This document shows positions 58,484 through 64,000 of a stretch of DNA of 64,000 nt, piece by piece. Position 1 is the first letter of the stretch. Each line of letters starts with the position of its first letter. Under the pieces are notes generated by a model that worked only from the letters and a program-made list of their open reading frames with translations, was not told where the DNA came from and did no database searches. Both the position numbers and the translations under genes were made by a program. This DNA is from Muribaculaceae bacterium (lineage in GTDB: Bacteria; Bacteroidota; Bacteroidia; Bacteroidales; Muribaculaceae), in the NCBI GenBank assembly GCA_051878455.1, contig JBJEKD010000047.1, positions 10,993-74,992 of the forward strand. Direction: 5' to 3'.

Positions 58484-59632
58484 TCACCCATTGCGGAGAG
58501 TGGCAATAAGATTCTCGGCAGCATTGGCAGTGCAATCGTTGTTGCCAAGTCGACGATTCATTTCGGCATAACCGGCAAGCATTGCTTGGCGTTGGGGCGA
58601 ATCGGTGAGCAACAATCCCAGCCAACGGCTCACCGACTCCTCGTTGCAATAGTGCAACAGCAATTCGGGAATCACGGCATCGTCGGCAATCAAATTAGGC
58701 AACGACACATATTTCACCTTCAGCAGATGCTTATAGAGGTTATACACAAGCGGACTGCCATTCATGCGATAGCACACCACCTGCGGAGTGCCCAGCACGG
58801 CAGTTTCGAGCGTTGCTGTGCCCGAGGTAACCAATGCCACGCAAGCAGCATCCACAAGGCGGAACGACTGGTTGAACACAACAGGCACATCGGCATTAAC
58901 GCTTGCCGACGTCATCACCTCGGCATAAAGCGAAGCATCGATGCTCGGTGCTCCGGCAATCACCACTTGGCAATCGGGATAATGCGACGCAGCCCGCAGC
59001 ATAGTGGGCAGATTGTCGCGAATCTCCTTGCGACGGCTGCCCGGAACAATGGCAATGATGCGACGCTGCAAATCCAGTCCGTTGGTTTCGCGGAACGTGC
59101 GGTCGTCAACAAACGCCGCCTTTGCCTCGGCTATCTCCTTAACTGTGGGATTGCCGACATAGTCAACAGCATAGTGATGACGTGCATAAAACTCGGTTTC
59201 AAAAGGCAAAATAGAATATAACTTGGTTATATACTTGCGAATTTGCTTCACCCGATATTCTTTCCATGCCCACACCTTAGGCGAAATGAAATAGAATGCC
59301 TTAACGCCTTGCGAATGAGCATATTTTGCCACTTTGAGGTTGAACGACGGGTAATCAATCAAAATCAGCGCATCGGGTTTCATTTCGTCGAGGGTGCGTT
59401 TGGCAGTCTTAAGAAAACCCATGATAGTGCCCAAATGCTTTGCCACCTCAATGAAACCCATATAAGCCATATCGCGATAATGCACCAACGGGCTCACGCC
59501 ACAAGCCTGCGCCATCTTGTCGCCTCCAAAGAAGCGTATCTCAGCCTGTGGGTCGCGCTGGCGCAACGAGCGAATAAGTTGTGCTCCGTGAATATCGCCC
59601 GAGGCTTCGCCTGCTATTATAAAGTATTTCAT
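58484..59632 (-). CDS. lpxB: Lipid-A-disaccharide synthase.
   Basis: 382 aa. MKYFIIAGEASGDIHGAQLI.. is the canonical LpxB N-terminus, and GTATLE lies near the C-terminus. Confidence 0.9.
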   Translation of the reverse strand: MKYFIIAGEASGDIHGAQLIRSLRQRDPQAEIRFFGGDKMAQACGVSPLVHYRDMAYMGFIEVAKHLGTIMGFLKTAKRTLDEMKPDALILIDYPSFNLKVAKYAHSQGVKAFYFISPKVWAWKEYRVKQIRKYITKLYSILPFETEFYARHHYAVDYVGNPTVKEIAEAKAAFVDDRTFRETNGLDLQRRIIAIVPGSRRKEIRDNLPTMLRAASHYPDCQVVIAGAPSIDASLYAEVMTSASVNADVPVVFNQSFRLVDAACVALVTSGTATLETAVLGTPQVVCYRMNGSPLVYNLYKHLLKVKYVSLPNLIADDAVIPELLLHYCNEESVSRWLGLLLTDSPQRQAMLAGYAEMNRRLGNNDCTANAAENLIATLRNG

Positions 59633-59663
59633 CAGCCTGTAATTATTTTCGTTGTTGTCAGCG

Positions 59664-59671
59664 CAAAGATA
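59664..59671 (-). promoter_or_regulatory. -7 box TAtcTTTG for lpxB.
   Basis: The reverse complement of caaagata is tatctttg, 32 nt upstream of ATG 59632. Confidence 0.45.
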
Positions 59672-59766
59672 AGAATAATAATCGAAATCGCCACCACACC
59701 TTTGCGAGCATTATCTTTTGCCAGGAATCACAATATTACGCACCTTGTATTCGTTACACAATATAT

Positions 59767-61182
59767 ATGGCAATACTACGCAACATAATCATATCGTTGC
59801 TGGCAACGCTGCTGGCATTCTGCACAAGTTGCATCGAGGACGGCTTCACCACCTCGAGCAGCGACTTGCTTGAATTTTCGTGCGACACTCTGAGTTTCGA
59901 CACCATTTTCACCGAGCAAGGCACACCCACAAAGCAATTTGTGGTGTATAACCGTCACAAAAAGCAAATCAACATTTCGTCAATATCGCTTTCAAGCAAC
60001 ACTGCGCACCGTTTTTATCTCAACGTCGACGGCATGAAAGGCGAAGTGTTCCACGACGTAAGCATTCGCGGCGAGGACAGCATATTTGTTTTTGTTGAAA
60101 GCAAACTCGACGCCAATGGGCAGGACGCGCCGCTGCTGGCTGAGGACTGCATCAACTTCGTGACAAACGGCATGACTCAGAAAGTGGTGCTGCGTGCTTG
60201 GGGTCAGGATGTTGAACGCCTCACCCGTCCGCAATTCACCGCCGACGCATGCCTCACAGCCAACAAGCCGTATGTGATTTTCGACACGCTTTATGTGGCA
60301 CCGGGCGTCACCCTCACCATCGAACCCGGCACAACCCTCTATTTCCACGACAAGGCAGCCATGCGCATCGACGGCACACTGAAGGCTTGCGGCACTCAAC
60401 CCAAGCCCATACACCTGCGTGGCGACCGCACCGACTATCTGTTTGAAGGCGCAAACTACGACATCATGTCGGGGCAATGGGGCTGTGTGGAATTTGGTGT
60501 CGACAGCCGTGGCAACGAAATGCAATATGTGTTGATGCGCGGTTCGAGCAACGGCATCATCGTTTCGGCGGCTTCAGCCGATGCTAAAGCCCTGCATCTG
60601 TTTAACTCGGTGCTTCACAATAGTTCTAACAGCGTGATGGTGGCAAACAACGCTTGGATTGAAGCCGAAGGCTGCGAGTTCAGCGACGCTGCCTACGACG
60701 TGGTGAAAATGCAAGGCGGCACCTACCGCTTTGTCAACTGCACCTTTGCCAATTATTACCTGTTTGGATTGAAGTTCTCTCCTATAATCACCGTTGTGCT
60801 CACCGACGACGACGGCAACGCACTTCAGCCATCGGTTCACCTCTACAACTGCATAATTAGCGGCAACGTGCGCGAGTTCAACGAAAACGATTTCTCCGGC
60901 ACCGACGTGATGCTGCGTAATTGTATGCTTCAAAGCAATGGTAGCGACGACGACAATTTCATCAACTGCAAATGGGACGGCGATGCCCAATTCCGCATCG
61001 AGCGCAACAAATACATCTTCGATTACCGTCTTGGCAACGAGAGCAGCGCCATTGCCGCCGGCGATGTTAGTCTTTGCCCCGAGCACGCCCTCACCGACCG
61101 ATATGGGCAACAGCGAATCTACAACGGAAGCATCGACATTGGTGCCTATCGTTGGGTTCCTGTCGACTACAACGCAAAATAA
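59767..61182 (+). CDS. Lipoprotein with an N-terminal Ig-like domain and a predicted right-handed beta-helix; function unknown.
   Basis: 471 aa with lipobox LLAFCTSC. The Ig-like stretch is FDTIFTEQGTPTKQFVVYNRHKKQINI. Repeated short rungs carry N/C-rich turns (LFNSVLHNSSNS, RFVNCTFAN, LYNCIISGN, LRNCMLQSN). Confidence 0.55.
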   Translation: MAILRNIIISLLATLLAFCTSCIEDGFTTSSSDLLEFSCDTLSFDTIFTEQGTPTKQFVVYNRHKKQINISSISLSSNTAHRFYLNVDGMKGEVFHDVSIRGEDSIFVFVESKLDANGQDAPLLAEDCINFVTNGMTQKVVLRAWGQDVERLTRPQFTADACLTANKPYVIFDTLYVAPGVTLTIEPGTTLYFHDKAAMRIDGTLKACGTQPKPIHLRGDRTDYLFEGANYDIMSGQWGCVEFGVDSRGNEMQYVLMRGSSNGIIVSAASADAKALHLFNSVLHNSSNSVMVANNAWIEAEGCEFSDAAYDVVKMQGGTYRFVNCTFANYYLFGLKFSPIITVVLTDDDGNALQPSVHLYNCIISGNVREFNENDFSGTDVMLRNCMLQSNGSDDDNFINCKWDGDAQFRIERNKYIFDYRLGNESSAIAAGDVSLCPEHALTDRYGQQRIYNGSIDIGAYRWVPVDYNAK

Positions 61183-61191
61183 TATCAGATT

Positions 61192-61548
61192 ATGGCTACA
61201 TCAATCACACTCAACAAAATGCTGTTTTATGCCCATCACGGAGTGGCGGCGCAAGAACGCACCGTGGGCAACCGCTTTGAGGTGACCCTCACCGTGCATT
61301 GCGATATGAAGCAAGCCATCGAATCAGATGAGTTAAGTGGAACAATCAATTATGCCGAACTCTACAACATTGTGAACGCCGAGATGAGCGTGCCATCAAA
61401 TTTGCTCGAGCATGTTGCCGGGCGCATCATCCGTGCCATAAACCAACGCTATGGCAGCCAAATCAGCGGTGGCACCATCACCGTGGCTAAACTATGCCCG
61501 CCATTCAAAAGCCAACTCGAAAGCGTGGCTGTAACAATCGATTTCTAA
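61192..61548 (+). CDS. folB: Dihydroneopterin aldolase.
   Basis: 118 aa with ..FYAHHGVAAQERTVGNRFEV.. and ..TINYAELYNIV.. signature stretches. Confidence 0.85.
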   Translation: MATSITLNKMLFYAHHGVAAQERTVGNRFEVTLTVHCDMKQAIESDELSGTINYAELYNIVNAEMSVPSNLLEHVAGRIIRAINQRYGSQISGGTITVAKLCPPFKSQLESVAVTIDF

Positions 61549-61558
61549 GCCCTTGTCC

Positions 61559-61840
61559 TTACGGATTGTAAAGGTCGTGATTAAAAAAATCAAGCACCTC
61601 ATTGGCTGCTTGCAGAGCCGTTGCAGCCTGACCGTCGGGATTAATCTGCACCGAGCGATTATAACTATTTATCGCCATACGCCAATCGCCTTTTTGTCGG
61701 TAGGCATTACCCAACAGAAAATATGCCGTGTCGAGCCTACACGATGCCGAATCAGCCACATAAGCATCGAGTAAGGCAATCGCCTCGTCAGGCTTGCTGT
61801 CACGCAAAAGTTGTTCAATATTTTCAAAATCTGCCGTCAT
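61559..61840 (-). CDS. Small tetratricopeptide-repeat protein.
   Basis: I trimmed to MTADFENIEQLL.. (93 aa). TPR-like helices include AYFLLGNAYRQKGDWRMAINSYNRSVQINP. The longer track ORF adds a hydrophobic, Cys-rich leader of doubtful reality. Confidence 0.6.
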   Translation of the reverse strand: MTADFENIEQLLRDSKPDEAIALLDAYVADSASCRLDTAYFLLGNAYRQKGDWRMAINSYNRSVQINPDGQAATALQAANEVLDFFNHDLYNP

Positions 61841-62023
61841 GCAAGCAAAGATATAAAATTGCAGGCATATAGCCAAGAGCAACAAGCGAGAACGGCAAAT
61901 CTTTAAATCCAGTCCCTGCATCAAGCAAATCCCCACCCCAATTAACACAATATGCAAAAGCCGCAGAGTGGCTGTGTGACAACCACCCTACGGTCTTAAT
62001 TCCGTTCTTATAACGAGAGGCTT

Positions 62024-63517
62024 TTACACTTCGCGGTGCTTGGAGTTGCCTTCGACGTAGATTGCGCTGAATGGACGAGCGGGACACACATATTCGCATG
62101 CACCGCAGCCAATGCAGCGTTCGGCATCAACCACAGGGAACAATGGCGATTCGGGGTCGTTCTCGTCCTTTGGCATCATTTTGATGGCACCGTTAGGACA
62201 ATGACGAGCACAATTACCACACTTCACGCCATCGGTGTTGACTATGCAGTTTTCGGGAATCCAAACAGCATGACCGATTTGAATCGAGGTCTTTTCGTCG
62301 AGTTGAATTGGACGTATTGCTCCATTCGGACACACTTGCGAGCAATGGTTGCACTCGGGGCGACAGAAGCCGCGCTCGTAACTCATTTCGGGTTGCATGA
62401 GAGTAGACAAATCGCTCGACGGACGAAGAACGCCGTTTGGACACGCGGTTACACACAACTGGCAAGCAGTGCAGTGTTGCGTCAGATGCTTTATTCCTTT
62501 TGAACCCGGAGGGGTGATTTTGCATTTGCGGGTAGGTATCTTCTTGTCTTCAATAACTGCCAAACCGCCGTCCACCTTGCTTTCTTGAGCCTTTAATGCC
62601 GTGCCAACGGCAAAGAGCGAAGCCACGGTGAGGAAACCACGTCGCGAGGTGTCGGTTGAAGCATCGGCAGTGTCGGCCTCGGCAGGCGCCGCTTTGCTGC
62701 GACGGGCGTAAGTGATGGCTCCTGAACTGCAATTATCGATACAATCCATACAAGCAACACAGCGCGAATAGTCGATGCGATGATTCTTGGCATCGATGCA
62801 CGAAGCCTTGCACTTGCGGGCACAAAGCGAGCAACCTACACATTTCTCGGTGTTGATTACCGGGCGGAAAATGGAAAAACGTGAAATCAAGCCGAGCACA
62901 GTGCCCACCGGACAAACCGTGTTGCAATAGGTGCGCCCGTCAAGCCACGCCAGAATTCCAATCACCAAAAGCGTTGCCACAGCCACAGCCAGCGAAATGC
63001 CGCTTTTCAGCCACACATCCACCGAATAGAAAGCATAACTCTCGTAGTGTTCGGCAATCGACGCCAGATAATTGTTAAGCCAAGCATAAGCCGGAGCAAA
63101 AAGGTTGGCAGCAATTCGTCCGTATGCGCTATACGGTGCAACCAGGGCAGCAATCGACGTGAAGCCCATCACTATCAGCACAACAAACACAGCAAGGAAG
63201 CCATAGCGCAACACTCGCTTTTCCTTTGCATAATTAAAACGCACGCGAGCCTTCTTTTTGCGGTTATGCAGCCATGAAATGATGTCCTGCATCACGCCCA
63301 TCGGACATATTACAGAGCAATATACACGTCCGAAAACAAGCGTCAAAACCACAAGAAAAAGCACCACGCCCACATTCAAAGCCAGCAAAGCAGGCAAAAA
63401 CTGTATTTTTTCCATCCATCCCAAATACCGACTCACGGTGCCTGTGAAATCGAGGAAACAGAGGGTGATGGCAATAAAGAATATCGCGGCAAGAATGATT
63501 CTTATTTTTCGTAACAT
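62024..63517 (-). CDS. Membrane-bound polyferredoxin, a NapH-like N-terminal half fused to a NapG-like multi-[4Fe-4S] half.
   Basis: 497 aa with N-terminal TM helices and two CxxxCP motifs (YCSVICPMG, YCNTVCPVG). It has six CxxCxxC(xxx)CP-type clusters. An internal twin-arginine-like stretch SRRGFLTVASLFAVGTALKA is present. Confidence 0.75.
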   Translation of the reverse strand: MLRKIRIILAAIFFIAITLCFLDFTGTVSRYLGWMEKIQFLPALLALNVGVVLFLVVLTLVFGRVYCSVICPMGVMQDIISWLHNRKKKARVRFNYAKEKRVLRYGFLAVFVVLIVMGFTSIAALVAPYSAYGRIAANLFAPAYAWLNNYLASIAEHYESYAFYSVDVWLKSGISLAVAVATLLVIGILAWLDGRTYCNTVCPVGTVLGLISRFSIFRPVINTEKCVGCSLCARKCKASCIDAKNHRIDYSRCVACMDCIDNCSSGAITYARRSKAAPAEADTADASTDTSRRGFLTVASLFAVGTALKAQESKVDGGLAVIEDKKIPTRKCKITPPGSKGIKHLTQHCTACQLCVTACPNGVLRPSSDLSTLMQPEMSYERGFCRPECNHCSQVCPNGAIRPIQLDEKTSIQIGHAVWIPENCIVNTDGVKCGNCARHCPNGAIKMMPKDENDPESPLFPVVDAERCIGCGACEYVCPARPFSAIYVEGNSKHREV

Positions 63518-63525
63518 AAGGCAGT

Positions 63526-64000
63526 TTAGTCGTTAGGATTCTGTTTAAGTTTTTCCACATAGCGGTCGATGGCTTGCATCTCCTCGGGGATATTGATTCG
63601 CTGCGGGCATTTAGGCCTGCAAATTCCGCAACCCACACAATGGTCGGCTTGACGCAGACGCGGCACTTTGCGGTCGTAGCCAATGAGGAACGCACGGCGA
63701 TTGGTGCGATAGTCCTCGTTGTGCACATCATCGGCAAACGTGCCTTCGTTAAGGCATTTGTTGTAGTGAGCAAAAATGCTTGGGATGTCAAGCCCATAGG
63801 GACAAGGCATGCAATATTCGCAATGGGTGCACCCGATGAGCGGGAACTCGTTGATGAGTTTTGCCGATTTTTCGAGCATCGCCAATTCGTCGTCGCTCAA
63901 CGGCTCAAGCGGCGAATAAGTGCGGATGTTTTCCTGCAAATGCTCCATATAAGTCATGCCGCTAAGCACAGTGAGCACGCCAGGGAAGTGGCCACAGAAC
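63526..64000 (-). CDS. Aldo/keto reductase with a C-terminal Fe-S (2x Cys cluster) domain; the 5' end lies outside the window.
   Basis: The frame stays open upstream of the track start (a GTG at 63978) to base 64000 (..FCGHFPGVLTVLSG..). The C-terminal Cys clusters are CTHCEYCMPCP and CVGCGICRPKCP. Confidence 0.75.
   Translation of the reverse strand, partial: FCGHFPGVLTVLSGMTYMEHLQENIRTYSPLEPLSDDELAMLEKSAKLINEFPLIGCTHCEYCMPCPYGLDIPSIFAHYNKCLNEGTFADDVHNEDYRTNRRAFLIGYDRKVPRLRQADHCVGCGICRPKCPQRINIPEEMQAIDRYVEKLKQNPND

Noticed and set aside
61841-61957. 39-codon hydrophobic N-terminal extension of the TPR protein ORF.
   Set aside because: It is Cys/Leu/Ile-rich without signal-peptide architecture, and a shorter product starting MTADFENIEQLL is more plausible. 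This call is uncertain, so I flag it here.
1-64000. Search for CRISPR arrays, IS elements, integrases, phage or conjugation genes, toxin-antitoxin pairs and obvious defence systems.
   Set aside because: No spaced direct-repeat arrays, terminal inverted repeats flanking transposase-like ORFs, or recombinase/defence signatures were seen on either strand. Every long ORF is explained by a housekeeping or envelope function.

Overview
This is a 64-kb chromosomal window, about 90% coding, that looks like Bacteroidota (Bacteroidales-like). The evidence for that placement is repeated TAnnTTTG -7 promoter boxes 25-60 nt upstream of genes, a T9SS C-terminal sorting domain, a short glycogen-synthase/DUF4270 gene pair, and a TetR-TolC-MFP-RND operon followed by a small P-II-like gene. 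I call 47 CDS, one tRNA-Thr(CGT) and one cobalamin riboswitch. I found no rRNA, CRISPR array, integrase, transposase or prophage genes.

Most of the window is housekeeping or core metabolism:
- Translation, replication and nucleotide/cofactor genes: argS, ffh, folD, folB, pyrC, cysK, lpxB.
- A four-subunit 2-oxoacid:ferredoxin oxidoreductase.
- A P-type ATPase and two helicases.
- Scattered secreted glycoside hydrolases and peptidases: GH16, GH27, GH43, GH20, a six-hairpin GH, and an M1 peptidase.

The stand-out locus is at the left edge. A hand-translated minus-strand ORF, absent from the ORF track because its stop lies outside the window, is open for 2038 codons (6114 down to base 1). It encodes a signal peptide, four tandem bi-domain modules, a beta-helix, Ig-like domains, a DUF4465-like domain and a T9SS sorting domain. 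Upstream of it on the same strand sit a clear cobalamin-riboswitch aptamer (6595..6398) and a Bacteroides-type promoter box.

Caveats: the ORF track renders GTG/TTG starts as M, so I trimmed several N-termini to internal ATGs. Coordinates of small hand-read features (hairpins, promoter boxes, tRNA ends) may be off by 1-3 nt. All family assignments come from motif recognition by eye, not from searches.
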